A DNA stretch of 63,568 nucleotides, counting the filler, from Reclinomonas americana ATCC 50394 (lineage: Eukaryota), in the NCBI GenBank assembly GCA_048213135.1. It is 5 parts of 5 records of this genome, joined end to end, with 100 filler letters (N's around TTAATTAATTAA, not from the genome) between each part and the next. Parts side by side here need not be neighbours in the genome. Positions count along the whole stretch, not along the records: positions 31,913 to 60,528 come from PS015455.1; 4 more parts are not named here. The stretch is one strand, 5' to 3'. The position numbers and the translations under genes are program-made. The notes beneath the pieces are model-generated. The model ran no database searches. It saw nothing but the letters and a program-made list of their open reading frames with translations, and had not been told where the DNA came from. Of the stretch, positions 39,724 through 52,025 are shown one piece after another; positions within the stretch are counted from its first letter, which is position 1; the number at the start of each line of letters is the position of its first letter.

Positions 39724-41770
39724 ATGGGCGGCTTCTTCGAGTTGCTCACCCCACACAATGTGGACGAGCTGCGTCGATTCCGCGACTCAGTCGTCGACCG
39801 CAGTCTCACCTCCAAGTGGTCCGCACACACACACAAACACAAAAACACACACGAAAAAGAAGACATGATTGCATTCACTCACTCTCTCTCTCTCACACAG
39901 GATGGCCCCACTGTGGAATCGTGCACTCGCATGGATCCCAGGTAAAAAAACACACACACGCATCACGTTGCACACACTCTTTTACATGCATTCAGTCATT
40001 CATTCATTCTCATATTGTCTCACTCGCATTCTTCACTCTCTCCTTGCCTGTCTTCCTCCGTCATTCTGTCGCCATACACTCTCTCCTTCTCCTCATTCTT
40101 TTCCGTGCTCTTTCTACTCTCTCCTTCTCTTCACCCCCCTTCCCTGACCCCCTTCTCCCTCACTCCCTTCTCCCTCTCCCTTTCCCCTTCTCCTCCCCTG
40201 CAGCCCACGTCCCCCCCAACATCATCACCCTCGCGGGCCTCCTCACCGCCTACTTTGCCGCCTACATCACCTACCCGCTGTCATACGCCGCCGGCGACAG
40301 TCACAACGCCGCACCGGCCGCAGTCGCCGCCGCCGTGGCCTCGTGGACGTGGGTGCGCCCGGTGCGCCCACTCGTCGCCGCCCTGTGCTTGATTGCGTTT
40401 CAGATGATGGAGGCGCTGGATGGGTGAGTCGGAGTGGGAGAAGGGGGATGTGACTGGAGAGCTGACTTCTGTGACTTTGGAAAGGCGTCATGCTCGGCGA
40501 GTGCGACAGGCGTCGTCGCTGGGAGCGATTTTCGATCACAGCTGTTTCGTGGCTCGCTGCGTGTGTTGTTCTGGCTCTTTGCTCCATTTCTCACGGCTTT
40601 TGTTGTGCAGGCTCTGCACTGGCCATTGCCCCGATCACCATGGCGTGGTACTGGAGTCTTGGATTCCACGATAGTTCCGTTGTAGAGCTCCCCCCTCCCC
40701 TTTCCCCCTCCCCCTCCCTTCCCCTTATCCCCTCCCACAGTCATGCTGCTCCGCGTCATCCTCTTCACCCTGCAATGCCTGTTCCTGAGCCTGCATGTGC
40801 GAGCGCTCCTCCGCGGCCGCCTCGAATACTTCAAGTTTGAGGTCGGCGAGCTGCTGATCGCCCTCGAGGCCCTGCTTATCTGGCGCTCGTTCGACATGTG
40901 GGTCGACGGCGACGTCTGGGGCCACGTGGTGGTCCCCTTTGTGGAGCAGTACACGGCGGCCACCTTTGCTCGCATCTCCTTTGATTTTGGCGTGAGCGCC
41001 TGCGTCGTGCTGGTGCTCGGAGCACTGACGATGCACTGCCTGAAGGTCGACTACAGCACTCGCAACGGCCTGGTGTTGTGGTGAGTGCATGTCTGTGCAC
41101 CGGCACTGCGTTGACGATTGCATCTCAGCGCGCCTTTATTTTTCTTTGTGCAGCCTCGGCATGGCCGTCTTCAAGTGGGTGTGGGTTCTCTTCCCCGGTG
41201 TGTGGCGTTCGGGCACGCCCAGTTTGGACTCGTGGGAACTCGTGGACATTTTCGGCATGAACATGTTCTTTGCTGTGCTCACCTGTGAGGTGGTACTGTG
41301 CAAGATGGCACGACCGCGCCCGTTCCACTCGCTGGTCGTCACTGCCGCGTTTGTCACCGTGTTCCGTTTCGGTTTCGGCAACGGCACGCTCGATCTGGTC
41401 CTCGGCATCACCTACTTCTTCCACGTTCTCAACGAGCTGACCCACAAGCTGTCGCTACCGCTCTTTGCGAATGTGGTGCGCGTGTATGTCGACGGCGTCT
41501 ACGACATTACGCATTACGGGCATGGTGAGTGGAGCGGAGGGGGAGAGGGTGGGTGTGAGTGCAAGTGTGCCCACCACCAGTATTATTGCGCAGCGAACCA
41601 GATGAAGGCGGCCAGGGAGGTTGTGGAGCCTGGTCAATACTGCCACTTGATTGTTGGCGTGGTCGGTGATGGTGAGTCTTCGAGAGATTTCCTCTTGCAA
41701 ACTAGCTGACAAGTCCATATTCTGTCACCAGCTGTCTTCTTCTTCTTGTCTCTCTTTCTCTGTCGTGAGA

Positions 41771-41815
<45 letters not shown>

Positions 41816-42393
41816 GTACAATCTCTGTAATGTGTTCCCAGTCAAGCCCGTTCTCTACCACCAGCTGTTTTCTTGTCTCCCTCGCTATTCTGTCATGCGA
41901 CTTTTTTCTCTTGCACTTTCTCTGTTGTGTAGTCCATTCTCCGTCGCCAACCTTATCATACTTTGTCGTGAGGCTACATCTTTGTTTCTCTTTCTCAATC
42001 CTCTGTGCTGTCGACTTTGTCTTTCCAGTCCAGCTCATTCTCTGTCGTCAACGGTCTCCTTTTCTTTCTCCGTCGTGAGACTTCTCTTTGTCTCTCTTTC
42101 TCGTTCCTCAGTGCTTGCTGTAACCGTCTGTCGTCCTTCTGTGTTTCTCGCTCTCTGCTGTGAGACTTCCCATTGTCTCTCTGTCTCTCGTCTCGCACGC
42201 TCTTTGTGATGAGCTCCCAGTCTAGTCCATTCTCTGTCATCAACTGTCTCTTTTGACTTCTCTTTGTCTCTCTGTCTCTCTGTCTCTCTGCTCTCGCGCA
42301 CTCTCTGTGTTCCGAGTCTAGTCCATTCTCTGTTTCTGTGTGTGTGTCTCTCTCTGTCTCTCTCTCTCTCTCTCTGTCTATCTCTCTCTCTTC

Positions 42394-42458
<65 letters not shown>

Positions 42459-43087
42459 ATTCCCTGTTTCACTTATCACCACCCGTTCGCTGTTTGGTTG
42501 CCTTCCTCCCCCTCCCCCTCCCCCTTCTCACCCCTTCGCCTTCTTACCCCTTCCACAGAGGACGCCTCTCACTACAAACGCCCCCCTGTACTGAACTGCG
42601 AGCAACGCTGCAACAACGTGCGCTCGTTCCGCTTTGTCGACGAAGTCGTGCCAAACGCACCATGCTTTGGCCTCACCGACGACTTCTTGGACGAGCACCA
42701 GATCCACCTGGTGGCGCACTCGATCGAGTACGAGAAGCCCGACGACATTTACTATGCCGTGCCGCGTCGTCGTGGAATGACTCGAGTTGCGTGCGTGTGA
42801 AGAAACACTCTCTCTCACTCTCTCTCTCTCGCTCTCGATTTCTCCGTGTCTTTCTTTCCCAGCTTTCTCCTCGTCTTCCCCTCTTTCCCCAATTTTCCTC
42901 TTTCTCCTCTGCTGTCTTCCTTTCCTACTCTTCTCCTCTGTCTCATTCTCGTTTCTGTGTGCAGATTTTGCCGCGCACCGAGGGCATCAGCACCAGCGCA
43001 ATTATCGATCTTGTGCGCAATCGACCAGACCTCATTCAGCGTCCGACGACGACGGCAGCTGCTGCGGCAGCCGACGTCAAGAAGTGA
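39724..43087 (+). CDS. Fusion of CDP-alcohol phosphotransferase-like domain and C-terminal HxGH cytidylyltransferase, paralogue 2
   Basis: PPNIITLAG, FQMMEALDGRHARRVRQASSLGAIFDHSCS; then RVYVDGVYDITHYGH, HYKRPPVL..EQR..VRSFRFVDEVVPNAP, ILPRTEGISTS; collinear with paralogue 1. Confidence 0.85.
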
Positions 43088-43119
43088 TGTCGTCGAAAAT
43101 CGAAGTGAATAAGCAAGCC

Positions 43120-43518
43120 TCAATCAATCACCTTCGTCGTTGTATCCGGAGACAGCCCTGGAGCTCGGCTACAGCACGCACCTACCGGTGGATCATAAGC
43201 AGCTGAGATATGTTTATCGGAAACAGGAATCGTCGTGCCACGAAGGCGTACTTGACAAGTGGATCGGCATTGCGGTGAGCCCAGAACACTTTTGTGCCCT
43301 TGTCGTGCTCCGTCAATGCCTGCGACCAACATGGGGAGGTGAGCAATTGCACCTGGTGTGATGTGTTCGTCAGAGGCCACAGGTATGACTTTCCTTGTGC
43401 GCTCACCAAGTTCACCCACATCGGGTGTCAACGAGGGATACATTCGGCACACTTTCTGCACCTCGGTCTTCATGTGCTCACGATTCGGGTTTGTGGTGAC
43501 TTGTGACAACACATGCAC
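43120..43518 (-). pseudogene. Degenerate UEV (TSG101/Vps23-like) domain; either a terminal exon pair or a pseudogene
   Basis: NREHMKTEVQKVCRMYPSLTP...GIDG...RLRGTTIPV...YDPPV is in register with recalled TSG101 YRDLTVRETVNVITLYKDLKP...NDG...LTGTIPV...YNIPI. Confidence 0.35.
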
Positions 43519-43651
43519 AATCGATCTGATCTCGCCAACAAGAAAATGCGTAATGTTTCACACCCGCATGGTTTCGCTGGTACGGTGCGGGACCGTTGGT
43601 CTCATCCTGCCTACTCTCTCTCATCCCTCCCTTCTTTCCCCCACAGACTCA

Positions 43652-44103
43652 ACGCAATCACCACACAGTTTCGCTGGTATTCTGCAGATCTCGTCTTATC
43701 TTCTTTCCTTCTCCCATCCCCTCTCCCCATGTAACTCACTCTCCCTTTCTCCCTATCATGCTTCTCTCTCGCATAGTCTCTATCATTCTGTCTTAGTCTC
43801 TCTTTCTCTCCTTCTCCTCTCCCCTTCCCTACCCCTCCTCCCTCTCCCTTCTCCCCCCAAACTCCACGCAATCACCACACAGTTTCGCTGGTATTCTGTA
43901 GATCTCGTCTTATTCTCTTCCCTTCCCCCTTCCCCTCTCCCCATGTAACTCCCTCTCGCTTTCTCTCTTTCTCATTCTCTCTTATTATGTCTCTCGCATA
44001 GACTCTTTCATTCTATCTCAGTCTCCTTCTCCCTCTCCCTATCCCCTTCCCTACCCCTCCCCTCCCTCTCCCATCTCCCCCCAACTCCACGCAATCACCA
44101 CAC
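43652..44103 (+). repeat. ~215-bp tandem duplication (two full units plus start of a third)
   Basis: ACGCAATCACCACAC at 43652, 43866 and 44089; the first two are followed by AGTTTCGCTGGTATTCTGnAGATCTCGTCTTAT. Confidence 0.85.
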
Positions 44104-44136
44104 GCTTTCACTTCCACTGTCGTCGGTGTCTGCAAT

Positions 44137-46231
44137 TCAAGGCGAGAAGGTGCGCCTCTCGTACGGCACTGCAGGCAGAATGGCCTGCGGGCGCGGAGAG
44201 GTGCGTGGCGACAGTCGGTGTGGGAAGAGAGCTTCGGTGCCACTCGGTTCCGCCTGGTGGAATACCTCCACCTCTGGCTCCATGTTGAGCTCCACCGGCA
44301 TGCTCACATTGGAGCTGTTGGAGCGTGTCGGTGGCGGGTCATCGGCACCGACGGAAAGCAGCGACCTGCCAGCAACAACAAGGAGTAAGTTCAAGCCATC
44401 ACACGCTTTCTTTCCTTCCTTTTTTCTCTCTCTCTCTTCTCTCTTGATTGCCACACACACCGTTCGAGGCGTTCCAGCGTTCGCGACTCGGCGTCCACGG
44501 CGCCCGAGTCGACACCGACAGCGGCAGCCGCCTGCACTCGCGCCTCGGCCACGTCTTCACTGTCCGAGGTGTCTGCGCTGCTGACGGATTCCGAGCGGCG
44601 GTTGCGCGACTGCTGGAGGTCGGCGATTCCACGTGGCGAGTTCAGCACGCCGTCGACGGCACGAAATGGCCACGTAATGTCGGCAGCGGAGCGCGGAGAC
44701 GACACTCCACTGCCACTGCCGCTGCCGCCGCTCTGTACGGGTGGTCGGAACGCGGACATGGCTGGCGGCGCAAACGACGGAGGAGGACCGCGTGGCGAGC
44801 GAATGTTGGTGGACGAGCTGCCGCTGCCGGTCGGCGATCTTGGCGATTGCGGCAGACCACGAGGTGACTGGGGCAGACCGCGTGGCGACATTACTGCCGG
44901 TGACAGTGCGCTGGCCGGTAATACTGGCACGGTGGCGGCAGCGTGCGGCGGCGAGGCGGCGAGGCCGGCCGCCAGCGGTCGAGGGTGTGTGCGATCACGC
45001 AGCGTGCCGTCCTCATTCAGTCGCGCAGACAGCGGCGGAGCTTCGTGATCTTCCTCCCCTTCCCCCGGCNNNNNNNNNNNNNNNNNNNNNNNNNNNNNNN
45101 NNNNNNNNNNNNNNNNNNNNNNNNNNNNNNNNNNNNNNNNNNNNNNNNNNNNNNNNNNNNNNNNNNNNNNNNNNNNNNNNNNNNNNNNNNNNNNNNNNNN
45201 NNNNNNNNNNNNNNNNNNNNNNNNNNNNNNNNNNNNNNNNNNNNNNNNNNNNNNNNNNNNNNNNNNNNNNNNNNNNNNNNNNNNNNNNNNNNNNNNNNNN
45301 NNNNNNNNNNNNNNNNNNNNNNNNNNNNNNNNNNNNNNNNNNNNNNNNNNNNNNNNNNNNNNNNNNNNNNNNNNNNNNNNNNNNNNNNNNNNNNNNNNNN
45401 NNNNGCCTGCTCCTCACGCGGCGACTGGTGTTGTGGTGGCGACGACGGAGCCTCGCCGCCCACCGACCTCGGTGGTGACACGGTGGAGACGGTGGAGGAG
45501 CCGGGCGATCGATTTCCCCTGTTGCCGGTGGCCGGTGGAGACGTAGCAGCAGCAGCAGCAGCGGCGGCGGCCGGTTCCCTCTTCTTGGTGCGTTCGGGAG
45601 GTGCGCGCGATGAGAGGAGGTGCGCGTGCTGCGAGGGCCGCGAGGGCGACGTGCTGGTCAGCGTCGTGATGGTCGTGACCGCCACTGGACGCCGCGGTCG
45701 TGCACCTTGCTGGGGACTCGACTGTTGTGGACTCGCCTACAAAAGGCGAGGAAGATGGTGTGGGTTAGTAATGAAGAAGAAAAAAGCACACTCTCACAGC
45801 GACGACAAACCGGTGAACCGCGTGGCAAAACGGCACGAGGCGGTGTTCGTGGGCTGGCCGCGCTTCCGGCTCCCGTTCGCATGCCGGGCGGTGTCTGCTG
45901 CAACGCTCCGTGAGGACGCTGACTGTCGGCCACTCCCGCCGCCGTCGGCGACACACGCAAGCGGGCGGGCGACGTGAGCCGCTTGATCTCGGCAATGGAG
46001 GTCGGTGCGTCGCGCTCCGCCGTGTACACACGCTTGATGGTGGTCGGCACGGCCACGTGCGACGACGGACTCGATGCCGCCACGGGAGGCATGCGAGAAA
46101 TGGGCGACTGTGCCTGCGGCGCTGGTCGCGGCGACAGAACGCGAGGTGATCGTGGCGAGTCCAGTGGTGAAACGGCTGTACGGGGGGGAAACAATGAGCG
46201 AAAGGAGGACGAAATAGGAGAGAGGAAAGAG

Positions 46232-46279
<48 letters not shown>

Positions 46280-46883
46280 GACGAAGAACGAAAGTAGTAC
46301 GTACGTACGTTNNNNNNNNNNNNNNNNNNNNAGTGGGTTGCCGAGGAGACGACAGAGACTTCGGTGGCGACATGGACAATCGCGGCAACAGTGGTCGCGC
46401 CGTGCCATTCGCCGGCGCACCGGCAGACCCGCGCGGCGAATACTGAAACGACGCTGGCGAATACCGTCGCGCTGGCGATACCGATCCACGCGGTGACAAA
46501 CCACGCACCGGCGATCCATCGCGACTGCGCGGCGACGACAAGAGAATCACACGCGGATCACTCCACTGCTGCGTTGGCGATACTGGCTGTTGCTGTTGAG
46601 AAGAAGGAGGGATCGCTGGTGGTGGCTGCGACTGCGATGCAGGCGATGTGCCCATGGACGACAGTCGATCATGACTGCTGACACGCTCGATACCGCACTT
46701 GACCGAGATCCCCATGTCGTCGGTCGACACCACCGTTCCATTGACGACAATCGGCGAGCGTGGAGGTCGCTGTCGCGGTGTCAGTGGCGACTGCTGCTGC
46801 TGTTGATGCAGAGGCAGAGGCGGAATCACTCCTGCTCCTCCATTTCCCACTGGCGACTGATTGCTCCCGAGTCGCGCACTCAT
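44137..46883 (-). CDS. SPR-rich disordered protein, gapped; 3' end uncertain
   Basis: MSARLGSNQSPV...; successive - strand frames rich in SPR motifs across gaps. Confidence 0.5.
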
Positions 46884-47310
46884 TGTCGTTTTGTGGACGT
46901 GGCCTTTCTATGTACACACACGCAGACACGCACTCGCCTGCACGCGTGCGTGTGTGTGTGTGGTCGCCAGTGAGCGCAATTTCCACAACCTTCTCACGCG
47001 CGTACACGGACGCAGTATGCAGAGACACAAGGCACACACACAAGGCACACAAGGGGGAGAGAGTGCGTGCGTGGAGGAGAGACAGTGAGCAGAGAGAGCG
47101 AGGGGAAAGCGGCATCAGCAGATCAGACAGTGAGAGAGCTGCGCTGAACCTGACATGCAATGTGCTTCACACACAGGGCGCGCAGACAGAGAGAGAGAGA
47201 AGCAGGGAGAGAGGTGGTGGTGGGAAGAGAGGAGGGCAAACGTACCACTCTTTGCTCCGCACAAAAACTTCTCTGTTGCAAAACGAAATTCCGTCCTCTT
47301 CTTACACTTC

Positions 47311-48260
47311 ATGCTTCGAGCGTTCCTCAGTCGGCGTCTGTGGTCTTCTGCCACAGCCACCAGCGTGAGCGAGCAGGGTCCAGTGTTGCGTCTCTCACTT
47401 TCACTCACTCTCTCTCGCTCTCTCTCTCACTCACTTGCACTCTCTGTCAGATTCGTGTTTGATCGCGCTCTCAAGCGACAACAACGCGACGCGGCGGCCT
47501 CACATCGTGACAGTCGTCTCTACGATTACCTCCGCAGTGAGGTCGCAGAGCGATTAGTCGATCGTCTCGATGTTGAGTCTTGCATCTCAAACTCTTCTTC
47601 TTCTCCTTGTTGATCTTGTCCTTCTCCTCCTCCTTCTTCTCCTCCTCCCCCTCATTCTCCTTTCCCTCCGTCTCCTCCTTCTTGTTCCTGTTCACCTTAT
47701 TCTTTTCTCTCCTCTCTCTTCTTGTTATCCTTCTTGATCTTCCTCTCATCCTTCTCGATCTTCTTGATCTTGTTCTTCTTGTTCTTCCTCTCCTCCTCCC
47801 TCTGTCTCCTCCTTCTTGATCTTCTTCTCATCCTTCTTGATCTTCTTGTTGTTCTTGTTCTTGTTCTTCTTCTCCCTCTCCTCCTCCTTCTTGATCTTTT
47901 TCTTCTTCTCCCTCTCTTTCTGTCTTCTTCGTCTTCTTGTTCTTGTTCTTCTTCTTCTTCTTCCTCTCCTCCCCTCCTCCTCCTCCTCCCCCCTCCGTCT
48001 CCTCCTTCTTGATCTTCTTCTCCTTCATTCTCCTCCTTGTCCTCCATTCCCCTCTCCCTTCCCCTTATCGTGCTGTGCAGGATGTACAGGGACGCACGTT
48101 CATCAAGGCACTGGACATTGGATCGCACGCAGGCCACGTGCTGCGTGCGTTGGGATCTCGGGGCGGTGTGCAGGAGATGCACATGTTGGAGCTGTCTCCG
48201 CGGGCTCTGCACCGCGACGAAGNNNNNNNNNNNNNNNNNNNNTATCGTATCTCGTTCGGT

Positions 48261-48313
<53 letters not shown>

Positions 48314-48772
48314 CTCTTCCTTGAGCTACAGGTGCATCCACATCTGCTTTAGCTCTCTCTCTCTCTCTCTTGTTCCTATTTCCTCCTTATTTTCCTCACA
48401 CCTTCCTTCTCTCTCCCCTCCCTATTCATCCACCTTCTCTTCCATTCTCCACCCTTCTCACTTCCCTTCCTTCCCCTTTCCCTTCCCCACCCTTGCCATC
48501 CCCACCCTTCCGTCACCTCCCTCCCTCCTTCCCCCCTTCCCTTCTCCCACCCTTCCCCTCCACCCCCCTTCCCCTCCACCCCCCTCCCCTTACTTCGCAC
48601 AGGCATGATCGAGGCCAGCTTCCAAGTGGTGTACGCCATCGGGTGGAAGCCACACGAATCGCAGCCGGTGCCCAAGACGCGCGGCACGGCGGCGTTTTCG
48701 CTCAAAGACATTGCGAAGCATCATCCACCATCGAAGCAGGGCGAGGTCGACGCAGGTGGTGACGATCGATGA
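47311..48772 (+). CDS. NDUFAF5: NDUFAF5 complex I assembly factor (SAM-dependent fold); central exons missing in the 48223-48242 gap
   Basis: Mitochondrial-type N-terminus MLRAFLSRRLWSS, VFDRALKRQQRDAAA, YDYLRSEVAERLVDRLDDV..RTF.KALDIG, and C-terminal IEASFQVVYAIGWKPHESQPVPKTRG.A.FSLKD. Confidence 0.9.
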
Positions 48773-49256
48773 AAATCGATATCTGTTCGTAAAGTCCGGT
48801 TTTGGTATGTATGTAGTCCGCGTTCCCAACCGTTAAGAGGGAATACTGCATTGCCGCGGTGCGGTGCGTGGCTTTCTCCAGCCACGATCACAGAGGACAC
48901 ACCTTGCCGCACACAGTGCCACGTTCAAATACATTGCCGCGACGCGCAGCACCGCGTGAATTGCGATGATTATAAATCGAACACGGCGACCAAAAACCCG
49001 AAACGAACTTGTGTGCCGGTGGAGAAAAGAGTGGCCGCTCAAACAAACAGACACACACACGTTGACGCCGACACCGCGCTCGTCTCTCGCGAGTCCGCCC
49101 TCACTGGTGAGTACCACAACACCCACACACACGCACAGGAAACACATACAAAATATCACGTATTCTTCTGCCCACAAATTAACTCGACACGCGCTAACGA
49201 CAAAAATTGTCAACTCTCTCTCTCCACTCTCTCCACTCTCTCTCTTGTGCGTGTAG

Positions 49257-51553
49257 ATGGGGTGCACAGTGGGACGCGCCAATGGCGAGACGCGCCCACA
49301 CCGCGGCGGTGCGGTGGCGCCACTGCCCAGTCGGTACGCACAATATGTGGCCTCGGATGTGTCGGGCTGTGGAGATGGAGGAGGCAACAGAGGAGTGGTG
49401 GCAGTCGCAGGAGCGGCCTCTGTATGTAGCAACCAGCAGCAGCGCAGTGGCAAGGAGGGCGGAGGAGCGTGGGCGGATGTGGGCAACAACGACAACGGTG
49501 GTGCCAGCGGTATTGTGGCGCAACAATCACCAAAGAGCAGGAGGCGGGCACAGACAACAGTTGCGTGTGCTGTTGTTTTGTGTATCTTTTCATCCCTCCG
49601 TGTGGCGGTGGCTCACGATGATGACGACGACGAACTGCAGCCACCCGGTGCGGCAAGATATCAGTACCACCCTCATGCGTCTGCTGATAACGATTATGCC
49701 GGCGAGTCAAGGGACGAAGGAGCNNNNNNNNNNNNNNNNNNNNGGGGGTGGAAGACAGTGCAGACAATGGGCCACTGCCGGGCATGGGATTGAACGGAAC
49801 GCCGGTTCGAGGGCGCGCGCGGACAACACTGGCCTCGTGCGTTGAACGATCGGCATCGCCACTGTTCGCGTCGCCGGGCTTGCACGCACACGCGCCGAGC
49901 ACCGTCACGGCAACGAGCACGGTGGGGACCACACAGGCGAATGCCAGCGTCAATAATGCTGGTGCGCATGCGATGGTCACTGCGGCGCCGAGCTGGACCT
50001 TCTCCACCGTGACCAAGTCGCCCTCGACGCGCCTGGAGGAGATCGCCACGGTGCCTGTCGAGGATGACGATGACGATGACGAAGACGGGAGCTCGGAGTC
50101 TGACTCGGATGACGACGACGAGGAGGACGACGACTACGGTCCACGCAAGGCGCAGCTCGGCGTGCAGGGGAACGGAATNNNNNNNNNNNNNNNNNNNNNN
50201 NNNNNNNNNNNNNNNNNNNNNNNNNNNNNNNNNNNNNNNNNNNNNNNNNNNNNNNNNNNNNNNNNNNNNNNNNNNNNNNNNNNNNNNNNNNNNNNNNNNN
50301 NNNNNNNNNNNNNNNNNNNNNNNNNNNNNNNNNNNNNNNNNNNNNNNNNNNNNNNNNNNNNNNNNNNNNNNNNNNNNNNNNNNNNNNNNNNNNNNNNNNN
50401 NNNNNNNNNNNNNNNNNNNNNNNNNNNNNNNNNNNNNNNNNNNNNNNNNNNNNNNNNNNNNNNNNNNNNNNNNNNNNNNNNNNNNNNNNNNNNNNNNNNN
50501 NNNNNNNNNNNNNNNNNNNNNNNNNNNNNNNNNNNNNNNNNNNNNNNNNNNNNNNNNNNNNNNNNNNNNNNNNNNNNNNNNNNNNNNNNNNNNNNNNNNN
50601 NNNNNNNNNNNNNNNNNNNNNNNNNNNNNNNNNNNNNNNNNNNNNNNNNNNNNNNNNNNNNNNNNNNNNNNNNNNNNNNNNNNNNNNNNNNNNNNNNNNN
50701 NNNNNNNNNNNNNNNNNNNNNNNNNNNNNNNNNNNNNNNNNNNNNNNNNNNNNNNNNNNNNNNNNNNNNNNNNNNNNNNNNNNNNNNNNNNNNNNNNNNN
50801 NNNNNNNNNNNNNNNNNNNNNNNNNNNNNNNNNNNNNNNNNNNNNNNNNNNNNNNNNNNNNNNNNNNNNNNNNNNNNNNNNNNNNNNNNNNNNNNNNNNN
50901 NNNNNNNNNNNCGCCAGAAAAGGTTCGGTGGCCAGCAACACGAGCAGCAACGGAGGACAGTTGCTGGCGCGTCGCATGGCGTCGAAACAACGAATGGCCG
51001 GTTTCTCGGTCGCCTCATCGGCCATGGCTTCCTCGGCCATGGCCGGCGACACCTCCACGCTCGACAACTTCATGGGCTGCTCCGACGTTGCATCAATGCG
51101 GCGGTCAGAGATTCCGTCAATATTAGAGTCGACTGCCCGCAGCGACGTCAGTAGCCAGGCCTCGTCTGCGTCCCGGAAACGCAATGCTACCCCCGGCGAC
51201 AGCAGCAAGTGTGCACTGACGGCCAAGGCACTGCAAGCGAAGCAGCGCGAGAGTGGAGTGCCAGCACATCCGTTTGGCGAGGGCGGTACAAAAGTTGAGT
51301 GTTTTTTTCATCCGTTGCATGTAGTAAGGCCGTGGCGCTCGATGCTCACCCCGCGCATGCTCGACAGGCATCCATCACTCGCTGGCTGCAGGGCATCGAG
51401 CACCCACCACGGACACCAGTCGTTCAGGAAATAGTGTGGCCGGCCCCCGAAGTAGAAGAGGAGGAAGAGGACGACGATGATGATGACGACGAGGAAGACG
51501 ACGATGACGGGCAATCTGACGACGACTCGGACTTCTCCGATGCAGATATTTAA
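49257..51553 (+). CDS. Hypothetical protein with MGC N-terminus (possible myristoylation/palmitoylation) and acidic tracts; gapped
   Basis: MGCTVGRANG... follows a splice acceptor; + frames continue across gaps to ...SDADI* at 51553. Confidence 0.45.
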
Positions 51554-52025
51554 TGCATGGCTAGCGCTGCACGACATGATCAATCCACACAAACATCTCT
51601 TCATCGTCTCACGGAGCGGAACAGCTCGGGAATGTATTCCCGCGGCATTGTCTTGGCAGGCATTGTCGGCGGCGGCNNNNNNNNNNNNNNNNNNNNNNNN
51701 NNNNNNNNNNNNNNNNNNNNNNNNNNNNNNNNNNNNNNNNNNNNNNNNNNNNNNNNNNNNNNNNNNNNNNNNNNNNNNNNNNNNNNNNNNNNNNNNNNNN
51801 NNNNNNNNNNNNNNNNNNNNNNNNNNNNNNNNNNNNNNNNNNNNNNNNNNNNNNNNNNNNNNNNNNNNNNNNNNNNNNNNNNNNNNNNNNNNNNNNNNNN
51901 NNNNNNNNNNNNNNNNNNNNNNNNNNNNNNNNNNNNNNNNNNNNNNNNNNNNNNNNNNNNNNNNNNNNNNNNNNNNNNGGTGATCCCTGCGCACCAAGAA
52001 GAATGAGCGCTCATCACCAAGGCAC

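Noticed and set aside
48223..48242. NDUFAF5 apparently lacking its central domain
   Set aside because: The missing part coincides with a nominal 20-N gap that is probably much larger; not evidence of a pseudogene.
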